64,000 bases of DNA from assembly GCF_009914755.1 (NCBI RefSeq), contig NC_060929.1. One strand, written 5' to 3'. This document shows positions 26,446 to 39,963 of the stretch, in pieces. The stretch is from the human T2T-CHM13v2.0 reference genome, Homo sapiens. The notes beneath the pieces were generated by a model. That model saw nothing but the letters and a program-made list of their open reading frames with translations, was not told where the DNA came from and did no database searches. The translations under genes were made by a program, and so were the position numbers. Numbering within the stretch: position 1 is the first letter of the stretch; the number at the start of each line of letters is the position of its first letter.

Positions 26446-27669
26446 CTCAGCATATTTTAGTGATGTGTAAACAATATACTCAACAGTCTTCATTCAGCTC
26501 TCAAGTAATCATCCTGCTCTGTCTACATGATTTCACATTAAACAGCCCATTCAGGAGCTGTTTTTATTAGGATCCTGGCATGATAGATTCAACTAATGTT
26601 ACATTTTTGGCCATTTCAGTTTTGCATGACTTCTTTAAAATTCTGAGTATGTGGTTTAGTGCCTATTTGTGTGGTTTCTGTATGTCTATGTATGAATGCA
26701 TATATTTCCTTAGATATTTTCTGAATTTTTTCCTTTGAGTTAATGGCATTTAAGCATGTAGTGGCTGCTAACTCAGCCCCTTAGGAAATGTTTTCTTAAC
26801 CAGACAAAATCCAGTGGGGATGAGGTAATCTAAGAATTTTGTTAGCTTTAACATTTTCTGGGTTGGGATTAACATATGTTCCTGGAATTAGGTAGAAAGT
26901 TTGAGTAGAATTTTAGCCTTGCCTTCTTTGGCACCAATGATTTAATAAAGGCTTTTCTTTTTTTTTTAATTTGTAGGTAGCAGAAACCAAGTTTATAACT
27001 CAAAAGTGCTGACGGAGCACTAGGCTTATTTCTAGATTTATGAACATAAGCAGCTGTGCTTACTGTTAAAAATAGGTCAGTTGAAGCCTGAAGTGTAATT
27101 AATTGAATGCAAAAATAAATCATTTTCCACAACTAAATGTATCTTATTGGGTATCAGTAAAATTACCAGTTTGAGACTTGCAAAATTAAAGTGTTTCCTA
27201 GTTACTGAGAAGTCTTCATCATTCTTTCAGGCTTTGATTTCTCTTTTGTTAAAGTCCATCTGCCCAATTGTTATTTCCTATATAAAGTTTTTTTTCTCTT
27301 TCCCTATTAGGTCCAAAAAACATTACTTTGCCCTTTTGAGATGGGGATTTGTTTTTCAGTATATTATAATAAACCACCATATTAACCTCTGCATAGTAAT
27401 ATATTTGAAATATTATTTGCAACCATTGTTTTGAATATAAGTGTTCAATTTAATGATCGCATGGCTAAAGCAGGAATTTGTAGATAAACTTGATTTGGAT
27501 TTGGCTGTATTTCCAATACCATGAGCTAGAAGAGCTTCCTTAAGCCTCTTTCCAGCTGAAGGTAAAACAAAAATTGGAATAACAAAAACTGTCACAGCAC
27601 CGGTTGCTCCATTGACTTGGTGCTAATTGATTTGATTAATTCATTTGTACTTAACGAACTTTTTAGTTC

Positions 27670-27682
27670 TGCTGACTCAGTA
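27670..27682. promoter_or_regulatory. Near-perfect MARE/AP-1 element in unique DNA
   Basis: TGCTGACTCAGTA, 12/13 match to the T-MARE TGCTGACTCAGCA. Confidence 0.35.
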
Positions 27683-28759
27683 TACAGTTTGCATTGATGT
27701 AATATAGGAACGGCCTCTTTCTCTGCTTACCCTAATTCAAGCATGCACATATGTTATTTTATCTATCTCGTAATAGCCAACTGATATGATTTTAAAAATT
27801 TATTTTTTTTCCAATCACACATTAATATTCTCCCTGCTGAAGTATGTGGAACCATTTGGGGACAGTTGTTCTCATTAGTTGCAAACTAATTTGAATTGAG
27901 CCATATAAATTGATGCCCATTATTATTTCTGCTTTTTACAGCTACCCCAGTTTTTTAATCCCTGAAAGTTTCATAGAGATCTCTTATTGAATCTAGGGCA
28001 GTTCTGATCCTGGTGTTTCCTTGCTCCAAGGTCTTTGATGGTTTCCAGTTGCTATGGCAACAAGACATAAATTTCTGTCAGGAATGTGTGACTGTGGTTC
28101 AGAGAAAGACATCATTCAAACCTTGCTGCCCCCTCTCCCCAACTTTCCTGCGTGCTCCAGGTGGGTCAGAGGACTTCTCTTCTCCCAAACACACCTTTCA
28201 CATTCCCATGATCCAGCTCTCGTTAAATAGTTTTACTTAAACTTCATGGGTCTCCTTAAATTCAAGGTCTTCTTATAAGTCTTTTCTAAGCTCTACAATA
28301 AGATGCTGTTTTGCTCACCTTTGAATTACAATAATGTGTTGATAATACTTTTGAAGATCTTATTCTGCTTGGAAGAGCAACTTATGTATAAACTACAGGC
28401 ATCTTGAGGGCAGGGATTGTGTCTTTCTCATCCTGATTCTCCTTTTGCATCTAGCACAATGCCTCATACATAACAAAAGGAAAGACCTTCAACTCTGAAC
28501 GTCAGAATATGTGGAGGACAATTTCAATTCTGTCATGAATTAGATGCGATGGTACTATGTATAGCTTTGGTCAGTTGCTCTTTCAATGTCCATTTTCCTT
28601 AATTGGGTTATTAGACTACATAAACACTGTAGGCACAGTCTGATGGTGAATGAATCAATTAACAATCAAAGTGGACTTTAAAGCCACTGGTGTGTATTCT
28701 AATGTTAGCTCTTACTTGCTGATTGTCAGAGCTTAGGGAATTCACATGAGTATATGGTG

Positions 28760-28905
28760 ACTCAGTTTACCCATCTGTAAAATGAGGATGATAATAATAG
28801 CATCTGCCTTACAAGGACAGTTGTGGTGATTACATGAGTTAATGGTTGTAAAGTGCTTAGAACAGTAGTGGGCACGTGGTAAGTGTCATGTAAGTGTTTG
28901 TTAAA
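28760..28905 (+). mobile_element. MIR
   Basis: ctcagtttacccatctgtaaaatgaggatgataataatag..gtaaagtgcttagaacagt. Confidence 0.85.
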
Positions 28906-30581
28906 AAGGAGATTTAAAAAAGTAAACAATCTTTCTTTCTAAGTAATAGTTACTTCATGAACCATTATAAATTCAAACACATTTGAATCTACTGCTAGTA
29001 CAGTTTCAAGGTACTGTAAGAGCTTCTGTTCTCAACCAGAAAACACTTCAGCTTTCACAGAGGATCAGTGCTCTTATGAATAGGTGAGCATACTAGTGTA
29101 GGGGTTCACATACCCTCCGTCCCCTCAGACATGCATTTTTCTCCTTATGGATCTCACTTCTCATTCATTCATTGACTCATTTATTACTCTACAAACATTT
29201 ATTGGATTCTTATTTGGGAAAAAAATGAGTAAGAAGTCCTGTCTCCAAGGATGTTCCTGTGGAAAGGAAGACACAGATATGTAAGGGGTTATCTAGAAAC
29301 AGAATTTGATGAATGCTATAGAAGGATATGTGGGGGGTGGGGAGCGGACAGTGTGGCCATTTTTGCTTAGAGGAGTTGTGGAGGGCCCAAGAAAAGTTGT
29401 GAACTTTGAGCAGAATTGCAAAGAAAGAGCACACATTTTGCAACAGGGAGCAAAGAACGTGCTTTTATTCCTGGTAGAGATAATAGACTGTACAGACAAG
29501 TCATAAATGGACAGGAGGCTCATTTTGGTTAGAGCTCAGGTTTTGTAAAAAATATGTTAGTCATGGGGGGTGCGATTAAAACAGCAAGTTTGGGCCAACT
29601 GTGAAGGATTGTGTTTGTTGCATTAGGTTTGGAATTCATCCTTAAGGCCATGGGAAGGAGGTGAGGGTTTAGAAAGTGAGTATGTGATACAATCAGATTT
29701 GTTTCTTTGGGAAATCGGAACTCTGGAAACTGTGGCAAAAAAGCAAGTGTCTATGGGGTTGGCTCCCAAATCAAAATCTACAGTTGACAATTTTCATCCA
29801 ATCTACATTGCTAGCATGCAGCAGCATAACAGCTAATTAAATTAGCACCTATAATCACCTAGAAAGACATATCCATTGACTATTAGAGTCTAGAAGACGA
29901 TCATAGAAGGGCAAAGTGCATTATCTGAGAATGACTGGTATAGATTGACACATTACATTTAATATAATTGTATATCTCAAAAAGCAGAAATACCTATATT
30001 TTATACAATTCTGTATTAAATGAAAATACAAAATTTTATTTTTTATATTTGTTAAAAACACCACTTCATGGAAGTATAACTGACATGAAATAGCTGTACA
30101 TATTTAATGTATATAACTTGATAAATTTGGAGATAAGTATACAACTACGAAACGATTACCATAATCTATACCATAAATAGAGGATATGAGATTTTGATGT
30201 TTGTAAAAAGGGGGTTTGCCTCTTGAAAGCCTGAAAAACATAGACAAGTGGGACAACACAGACAAGAGCTTCAGGTGCTGTGGGACTTGTTTTAGATCAC
30301 TTACAGAGCCCTCAGGATGGATGCCAAGTGAAGTCTCTATTCTTCAATCAACTTCTTCATCTCCACTAGGCCAGTTCAATGTGCTGTTTATCTAGATAAC
30401 TCAAATTTTTGGTTTTGTCCTCTAACTCTGCTGCCTTAATCTGCCACCAGGCTATGATGCCACGTCTCCTTCCTTCTGTCAACACTGATCATTTTTCAGC
30501 TCCTTAGTCCTTAAAATTATATGGATCACATACATTTCCAATTGAAGAGGATTGTTTCCTCCCCCTTGAAAAGTGGCATAG

Positions 30582-31291
30582 CTATCTCACACCAGTCAGA
30601 ATGGTGATTATCAAAAAGTCAAGAAACAACAGATGCTGACAAGGCTGTGGAGGAATGGGAACACTTCTACACTCTTAGTTGGAATGTAAATTAGTTCAAT
30701 CATTGTGGAAGACAGTGTGGCAATTCCTCAAGGATCTAGAACCAGACATACCATTTGACCCAGCAATCCCATTACTTGGTATATACCTAAAGGAATATAA
30801 GCCATTCTATAAATAGAATGCAGCACTATTCACAATAACAAAGATGTGGAATCAACCCAAATGCCCATCAGTGATGGACTGGATAAAGAAAATGTGGTAC
30901 ACACACACCGTGGAATACTATGTAGCGAAAAAAGGAATGAGATCATGTCCTTTGCAGGGACATGGATGGAGCTGGAAGCCATTATCCTCAGCAAACTAAC
31001 ACAGAAACAGAAAATCAAACACAGCATGTTCTCACTTATAAGTGGGAGCTGAACAATGAGAGCACATGGACACAGGGAGGGAAACAACACACCCTGGGGC
31101 CTGTTCGCGGGGTGAGAAGAAGGAGGACATCAGGAGAAATAGCTAATATATGCAGGGCTTAATACCTAGGTGACGGGTTGATAGGTTCGGCAAACCACCA
31201 TAGCAGATGTTTACCTATGTAACAAGCCTGCATGTCCTGCACTGTATCCTGGAACTTAAAATAAAGTTAAGTTAAATTAAGAGAAAGAAAA
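30582..31291 (+). mobile_element. 5'-truncated older L1PA 3' end
   Basis: ORF2 C-terminus (..MSFAGTWMELEAIILSKL..) plus 3' UTR and A-rich tail. TSD gaaaagtgg(ca/tg)tag at 30568-30581 and 31292-31305. Confidence 0.92.
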
Positions 31292-31674
31292 GAAAAGTGG
31301 TGTAGTTCTTTATTATTTCTGAGTTATAACTTCTTTCAACCAAGGAGCCCCCACAAGTTGCATGACTGGTCAGTTCTCTGAACCAGTTTTCGTCTTGGTA
31401 AAATGGTTGTAAATGATTATTATCACCGTGGAGACTGCAAAGGTGATAGGACACAGGAGAGGGCAGTGGCTTCCTCTGTGTGAGATGACTGCTGTGGTGA
31501 TGGATTCCGGACCAATGAAAGGTTCCTTTATGGTCCTCAAGGTCTTCCTTGGGTCCACTAGCTGAGATGTCTTTAAGTTTCTCTGACAAGTTACTTATAA
31601 AATGGCTGAGCTCACATTACTAGTGAGGTGTTTTGCTTCAGATTGTAACTAGGACTTTAAATGTGTCTCATGTA

Positions 31675-32670
31675 TTTTTTGACTGCAATGGACATTCTGA
31701 TTGGTGAGAGATGGTATCTCATTGTGGTTTTGATTTACATTTCTCTAACGATCAGTGATGCTGAGCATTTTTTCATATACTTGTGGCCTCATGTATGTCT
31801 TCTTTTGAAAAATGTCTGTTCATGTTGTTTGCCCATTTTTAAATGTGGTTGTTTGTGTTTTGCTTGTTGATTTGTTTAAGTTCCTTACAGATGCTGGGTG
31901 GGCATGAGACCTTTGTGGAATGAATAGCTTGCAAATATTTTCTCCCATTCTGTGGACTGTCTGTTTATTCTGTTGACAGTTTCTTTTGCTGCCCAGAAGC
32001 TCTTTAGTTTAATTATGTCCCACTTGTCTATTTTTGTTTCAATTGCTTTTGGAGACTGTCATAAAGTTTTTGAGGTTGCAGAGAAAAGGGAATGCTTATA
32101 TACTGCTGGTGGGAATGTATATAAGTTAACCATTGTGGAAAGCAGTTTAGAGATTTCTCAAAGAACTTAAAACAGAGCTACTGTTCCACCCAGCATTCCC
32201 ATTATTGGGTATATGCCCAAAGGAATATAAATCATGCTACCAAAAAGACACATGCATCTGTATGTTCATAAAGCAGATGTGGTACATATATGCCATGGAA
32301 TACTACACAGCCATAAAAATGAAATCATGCCATTTGCAGCAACGTAGGTGGAGCCAGAGGCCATTATCCTAAGTGAATTAATGCAGGAACAGAAAACCAA
32401 ATACCCTATGTTCTCACTTATAAGTGGGAACTAAACATTGAGTACACATAGACACAAGGAAGGGAACAACAGACATTGAGGCTTACTTGAAGGCAGAAGG
32501 TGGGCAGAGGATGAGGATACAAACATCTCACTATGCTCACTACCTGGTGATGGCATCATTTGTACACCAAACCCCAGTGACACACAGTTTACCCATGCAA
32601 CAAACCTGCACATGTACTCCCTGAACTTAAAATAAAAGTTGAGAGAAGAGAACTAAAAATAAAATAAAAA
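31675..32670 (+). mobile_element. Older L1PA/PB 3' end with a 5' inversion
   Basis: 31675-32066 is antisense ORF2. About 32071-32670 is the sense continuation (gaggttgcagagaaaagggaatgc..aaataaaagtt) ending in an A-rich tail. Confidence 0.88.
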
Positions 32671-33643
32671 TAGATGTCTCTTATTTAAAGATGAGAAAGC
32701 CCAGCTCAAGGCTGACTAACAGAGAGGAGGAAAAGAGCTAGCTCACTTTCAGGCTCATATAGAAAGAGATGACATTTTGTTACTTTCTCTGTGGGAAAAT
32801 TTTTATTTATAGCCATACCTTCCAGTGAAAATTTGTCCTGTCTGAACATCTACATCACTGCCAAGTGAATAGGATTCAGATATCGCTCCAAGCCTTTAGT
32901 TTCTATATTTACAACAAAATCTGCCCATAGCTGCCTGTTTACATTACTTTCATCCTATCTGGGCTTTACAAATGCTGTAAATTAGGATTTGAAAAAAGGA
33001 GATAAGGAGTAAGAATAGGAAAACTGAAGTATGCCTACAAATTCTAGGTCTCTGAAGAACTTCTGAGGGTGTATGTTTTAAAAGACTAGAAGAGTTTTCA
33101 GAACTCCAGGCCTGCGTTCTGAAATAAATTTCTTTTCATATGCTTTTAAAAGTCCACCTTTCCTAAGTAATGCTTAGTTTTCATTAAAATGTAAATCAGT
33201 AGGGTTCTATATATAGGGGATTATTTCACATGACTTTTATTAACTTCAAATTTTATAATCACATTGAACACTTTGGTTTCATGATCACATCAGAATTTAT
33301 TATATTTTATCCAGGAGTCAGTGCTTTGATCTGTGGGAATTTGTGATTTTGGGGATATAAAAAGTTAATTTTATATAGTCACAGTGACTAGGTGCTTTTT
33401 CTGCTGTGTAGTAATCCTTTAGATTACAAGTAAAGGTCGAGTGACAGTAATGGAAAAGAATTTGTGTTAGGTGGCAATTTTTACTGTGTGAGAAAATATA
33501 TTCATCATGATATGGAGAATTCAGTTGTTACTGTGCTGAGTGTCTTAGGGATTAAACTAGTAACTTGGCAACTCCTGAGTCAATAATTTGCATTGTTTTC
33601 ATTTCCGGTTAGTTTATTTTCTCCCAATAATCAAGAAAAAAAT

Positions 33644-33644
<1 letters not shown>

Positions 33645-33676
<32 letters not shown>

Positions 33677-33692
33677 AACACACACAGACACA
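33645..33692. repeat. (CA)n microsatellite
   Basis: Read directly. Confidence 0.9.
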
Positions 33693-35587
33693 GACTGTCT
33701 TCACCATGAAAATCCCAAGCAAGTAAACCACATGTATGTGGGAAACTGTCAACTAGAGCTCAGAAGATAGTGCTAAAAAATGGTTTCCAGGAACCAGTAG
33801 CTAGGAAAGCAGGGCCACTTATTCTTGCCCTTAAACTTATGTGACCTTGGTCTCTTTCCTCATCATCAGATGTGAATTTCTAATATTTTCCTCAATATTC
33901 TATTTTGATGCCTTGGCAGAATGTATTTCAAATTGTTAAAAATATTTGCCTCCTAAACTTCCCAAGTTCAAGTGCAGCCTACCTGGGTCCATGGCATTAC
34001 CATTGGGTTTCATTGATGAGAATCCTCAGCATTGACTTCATGTTCCCCAGCTTCTCTTGCAGTGCTCAACTCTGAGCATGCTCCCCTGCCACTGCTTAGT
34101 CCGCCCTTCAGATCCCTCACCTTAATGGCTGTAATAAACTCATAACTGGTCTAGGAATCTTAATTTTAGTTCTTATATTCATCCAAACCATACTTAGTTT
34201 TTTTCTAAAAACTCAGCTTGGAGAGGTTGGATCTCCACGATGCCGTTCAATGCTTCTGCATAAAGTAAAACTTCTAAGTTATTCTAGGAACTCCTGGATG
34301 TGGCCTTAACATATTTTTGCCATATTTTAAACTATGTTTCTGCACAGCTATCTTTGAGCACATCTGTTTCTCAACATTTTCTAAAGGGATCAGATGGGAC
34401 TTCATGGTTGCATGCCCTTCACTTCATTGCTGGGCCATCAGCTTCATCTTTAAACACTATCTCAAGTGCTTTCTGATACTTTACTTGATAATTTAAGTTG
34501 GAATTAATGCTAAAAATTGCTGTGGATATTTTAAAAGGTAAAGCTATGTGAAACAAAAAGAACAAACCCTATTTTTGTAAGGGAAAAACACTTTTCAAAT
34601 TACATTTTATGGTTATCTTTTCTACTAAGAAGAATGATCTTCATGCTAGAAAAAATAGCATAGATAGGTTAGAAGAGAAATGATGTACAACGTGTAAATA
34701 ATAGAGACAATTTGCATCCTTTTCATGAGAATATCTTCTTACCCAGGTAAATTACCTTCATCATGATAGAATAATTCAAGGTATTATTGAAGACCTATTG
34801 TTTAATCTTTATGTTGGATTATATGAATAGGATAATATTTCCAAATACTTACCAGATCATTCCCCCTCATTAAAATCATTCCATGGTTTTTAAAAATACA
34901 TTATCATTACAATAAAGTCTTTCCTCATCTGCCTCCTTCTTATTTCTTATTTCTCAAAGCTTGTCTTCTGCTACGCTTCATATTCTTCTATGCCAAAATC
35001 TACTCCCATAGATCCAATGTCTATCTTAATTGTAGTAATTATTATACCATAATTTTTACTCAGTTCACTTGTCCTCCTCTATAAGGTCCCTAGAGTAGGG
35101 ACTCCTCTTTTCTGTAGGCATGATGGAGAGAACCTGTGTTCTAGAGTTATATAGATCTAGGCTCCAGTCCTGGTTTTTTCTTTTACTATTAGCCTTGACT
35201 AAGATGGTCAGCCAAGTTGGTTTTGTTGAAAAAGAGGGGAGAATGATGGAACAGTCGTCCAGACAGTGACTAAGGAGATTTGCTGGCCTGCACATATCAA
35301 GGTGTGGTTGTATGATTACTGATTATGATTGTCCTTGGAATTAATGTATATCACTTCCTTAGAGGCTTTAAGAAGCGGGTGCCTTCTCTATGCTTTCCTC
35401 TCCTCCTCTTCCTAGATGAAAATGATTATGAGCCTGTAAATTGTGGAAAGGACCTTGTCTCTGAATCACTGCATAGAGGAGAGCTGTCTGATGACCAGGC
35501 ATCCTTCAGCATGGACTGTCATATATAAATGACAGATACTTCATTTTGTGTTTATTTCTTGCTTATATTTATAATAATTTATTTTGC

Positions 35588-36068
35588 GATATTATCTCCA
35601 AAGATGGCCACCAGTAATTTCTTCACTTTTGTATACACTTGTTTCACATCTTGATGTTTCACATCAAAGGGTAGAGCTGATTTCCCTGTTCTTGAATCTG
35701 TGTTAGCTTTGATTGGCTTTGACTAATAGGATGCAGCAGAAAAAAATGTTCTAAGTCAGGACACAAATGGTCTGGCACATTTCACTTCCTGCTTCTTGCA
35801 ACCCAGACACCATACTGTGAGAAGCCCATGCCATGTGGAGAGACAACGTGGAGAAGAAGTGAGGCTCTCTGGTTGAGAACTCCAACTGACTTCCTAGACT
35901 ACAGCCAGGGCAATTTTCTAGTATGGGAAAGAGCCAGCTCAGTCAAACCTTCGGAAAACTGCAGCCCATCAGGGATCACAGGGAGCAGTAGAACCCACCA
36001 GTCTACCCACAGAATCATGAGATAATATAAAGTAGCTGTTAATATGTACCAAAGATAGCTGAAATAGC
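35588..36068 (+). mobile_element. MLT1 (G/H-like) solo LTR
   Basis: caaagatggccacca..cttgaatctg..ctttgactaatag..ccatactgtgagaagccca..cccacagaatcatgagataat. Confidence 0.75.
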
Positions 36069-36169
36069 TAGCTATTTTGCATATTTTATATATTTTGGCC
36101 AGTTAACCATTTGTGCCCAGTTTTTGAATAGGGAGCATGACTCTAAGTAATACACTTGTTTTGTGACAC

Positions 36170-36335
36170 TGGTACAGTGACTTAACTCCTCTTAGCTCTC
36201 ATTTTATGATCTATAAAATGGAAGGAAGAAACCCTATGAATTCATATCGTTGTTGTTATTGAATGAGACAATGATGGAGGGTTCCTTACCCAGTGCCTGG
36301 CATATGGTAGGCACTCAATTGAAGCGTATTTGAGT
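36170..36335 (+). mobile_element. MIR
   Basis: gtgacttaactc..atctataaaatgg..cagtgcctggcatatggtaggcactcaat. Confidence 0.75.
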
Positions 36336-36861
36336 TAATACTACTCTTTGCTAAGTCATTAGAGAAGTGCTGAATTAGACAGAAAACCATTTAATCTCAT
36401 TTGTATTTTAAAAATTAAAAATGATAGAATACATCTTAATTCTATACCTTATTCCTTGAAAGTAGATTTAAATTTTGTGATTTTATTTTGGGCTTCTTCA
36501 GCCAGCTCCTTTTTCATCTTTACATTCCTCTCCACATATTTTCCATTATGAATCCCACTCCTTTTTTTTTTTTTTAATAACGCACCTATTCTTACATCTT
36601 AGTGGAAACACTGGGAAGATATTACTATTTTTTGCTTTTAATGTATATATTTTTTCAAATGCATTCTTCTTTTATGTTAAGTGTGGGATTATTCACATAT
36701 CTCATACATAACTTTCCTACTTATTAATTCAACAAACAGTGTGCACCCACTGTGTGTTAGGCAGTAAATGAAATTTAATTTTCTTCTATACATACCTAAT
36801 TCATCACTAGTCATTAGTTCTGTTTTTCAGATCAAGGTAAATTATAGTAAAACTATAATTT

Positions 36862-37079
36862 ATAACAAACTATAGCCCATGGCCCAAATCTGGCCCACTG
36901 TCTGTTTTTGTAAATAAAGTTTTATTGGAACATAGCCACATGCATTTGTTTTCATATGGTCTAGGGTAGTTTTATGCTTCAATGCCAGAGTTGAATGGTT
37001 ATGACAGAGTTGACTTAACCCACAAAGCCTAAAATATTTACTTCTGGACCTTTATAGAAAAAAAAAGTTCCAGCTCTTG
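36862..37079 (+). mobile_element. MER58A
   Basis: caaactatagcccatggcccaaatctggcccactg..gtaaataaagttttattggaacatagcc..aaagcctaaaatatttact. Confidence 0.85.
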
Positions 37080-37579
37080 ACTTGTAGTAATATGAACAGT
37101 TTTGGTTGGCATATTTAAGAAATATTAATAAACTAGAGTTAGCTATTATGAGAATGAAATGTGTGAAAACTATGCTACACAGTAAAGTACGGAGAATTTT
37201 TAGTCTGGAAAAAAGGGCTTTTAAGGAGTTTATAAAATTCAAAAAAAGCAGATTAGGTTGATGCATACTACTTCCACTGACAACTGGTTTACTAAAGATT
37301 GGAGAAAAAAAGGGGAATATATTTAGAAAGGCAACTTGGAGTTCATTGGAAATATGAATACTTTTGGACTCAATAATTACACTATGAAATTAATCTGAGA
37401 GGGATATTTCTATACATGTAGAAAGAAACACCTTTGAGGATGTTGACTGGGGCTTTTGTTTACGATAACCAGAGCTGTGAAACAAGCTTAACAGAAATGG
37501 TTAAATAAAATATGGTGTACACACTCTCTATATATGCTATTTTAATTGAACAGATGCGGCCATTTAAAAGAATGAAGTA

Positions 37580-38351
37580 ACAACATCAAAAAATGCTCAT
37601 CATCACTGGCCATCAGAGAAATGCAAATCAAAACCACAATGAGATACCATCTCACACCAGTTAGAATGGTAATCATTAAAAAGTCAGGAAACAACAGGTG
37701 CTGGAGAGGATGTGGAGAAATAGGAACACTTTTACACTGTTGGTGGGACTGTAAACTAGTTCAACCATTGTGGAAATCAGTGTGGCGATTCCTCAGGGAT
37801 CTAGAACTAGAAATACCATTTGACCCAGCCATCCCATTACTGGGTATATACCCAAAGGACTAGAAATCATGCTGCTATAAAGACACATGCACACGTATGT
37901 TTATTGCGGCATTATTCACAATAGCAAAGACTTGGAACCAACCCAAATGTCCAACAATGATAGACTGGATTAAGAAAATGTGGCACATATACACCATGGA
38001 ATACTATGCAGCCATAAAAAATGATGAGTTCATGTCCTTTGTAGGGACATGGATGAAACTGGAAATCATCATTCTCAGTAAACTATCGCAAGAACAAAAA
38101 ACCAAACCCGCATATTCTCACTCATAGGTGGGAATTGAACAATGAGATCACATGGACACAGGAAGGGGAACATCACACTCTGGGGACTGTTGTGGGGTGG
38201 GGGGAGGGGGAGGGATAGCAGTGGGAGGTATACCTAATGCTAGATGACGAGTTACTGGGTGCAGCGCACCAGCATGGCACATGTATGCATATGTAACTAA
38301 CCTGCACATTGTGCACATGTACCCTAAAACTTAAAGTATAATAATAAAAAA
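37580..38351 (+). mobile_element. Young 5'-truncated L1PA2/3, inserted into an older L1M relic
   Basis: Nearly intact ORF2 C-terminus ([29 protein letters not shown]), stop at 37861, G-rich 3' UTR, GAG rather than Ta-type ACA at gatgacGAGtta, poly-A. TSD aaaaga(a/g)tgaagta at 37566-37579 and 38352-38365. Confidence 0.93.
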
Positions 38352-39963
38352 AAAAGAGTGAAGTAGCTCTATATATTCAGTCCTAGAAAGGTTGTCAAGA
38401 TATTATTCTCCAGGTCAATATATGATGATTCTACTTTTTAATTAAAAAATATATTATGTAAACATTTGCATATGTTGTTAAGACTAAATTAAACTACATG
38501 TGACAGCAAAATCTCAAATTATAGTGGCATCAGCAAGATAGAATTTATTGTTCTGTCGAAGTCCAGTCAGGGAATCCAGGGTTAGGGTAGTGAGAGCATC
38601 ATGGCCTGAAGGTGCCAAGCTCCTTATTTCATTTCTTGTTGCTTGGCCTTGGTTGGCATCTGTGTTCCACACAGCACAATGAGGAGCTGGGTAGTGTTCA
38701 AGGAGATGGTTGATTATAAGTCACTTGTGGATTTAATGGTTCCCATTGTGCAAAAGAAAAGCATAACTTGGTCACTGTGGAAGCTAAAAGACGAAGACAA
38801 GGTAAGAAGGTCATTTGTTAAGGAGGGTTTTTCTAACAGGAAGTGGTGGGCCACAGAATTTGAGAAATAATAAGTAAAAAAAGGCTACTAGAGATTCATA
38901 GACTAAAGACTAAAGCTAGAAGGAATGTCTGAAATTATCTGATTTGAATCAGTTGTTTTATATCTTTTATTACAATCTTCAAAGGCTAATAAGAGAAAAA
39001 AGAAAAAAAGTTAATATTCTAAAACTTGTGAAAGATAATCTTTTATGCCCAAAGTATCTTTAAAAAGGATGCATGTTTCTACAGTTTTTTATTTACTTAT
39101 TTTTAGATTATCTAATATATTATTTTACTAATATATTATATACATTAGAAAATGTTCACCAAAAAGAAATTAATTAGGATTAACTTGAGTTAAATAAATA
39201 ATATAAAAATATAATTAATTATGATGACTTCATATTATCTTGAGAAAAATTTATAATTAGGACAAGGTTCACTATTTTATATGCATATGCATATGTGTAT
39301 GTGCATAGTATATGTATGTACCTATACTATAACTCAAATAGTCTTGTTGGTAATTAAGTTGTTTCCCCCCAATTCCCCATCAAATCTGTTAGGTCATCAC
39401 TTTTCTCACCTGGATTTGTGGCTGAAGATGAACCTGTATCGAGAGTGGAAGAATTGGTTTTACCACTTGCCATAGTTCATTTGTGCTTGAATTATTGATA
39501 TCTACTCAACTCAATTTACTTGCTACAGTCTTTTAAACTAGGTGCCTATTTTTAAAATTTTAATGTAGTTAACATTATGTATTTCATAAATCCATGCGTT
39601 TGTAATAATGGTTACTCTATAACCCACAGGGCCAGTGTGTTGTAATTTGGTGCTACAGAATGAAGAGGGTTCTGCTGTCATTCCCTGCATGCCATGGAAT
39701 TTCTGTAGTTTTTCCCTGAGGCCACTTCATGTATTGGTTGGAACAAGTCACTCTCTGACATAGGGGCTAAGTGAGGGTATGAAATTTAATGTGTTATAAA
39801 TATTGTCCAAACTTAATTTCTTTCTCTCTCTCTGTGAGATAAAAATGCATAGAAGTAAGTAGTCTAATACTCCATTCTCATATCCTATAAGCCAACTTCT
39901 TCCATCTCTAGAATGTATGCAACAGTTTTTCCAACTATAATCTTAAAATTACAGCTATAGTCT

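Noticed and set aside
37621-38127. L1 ORF2-like ORFs as an active L1HS-Ta
   Set aside because: Only about 770 bp of the 3' end, with an internal stop and GAG rather than ACA at the Ta-diagnostic site.
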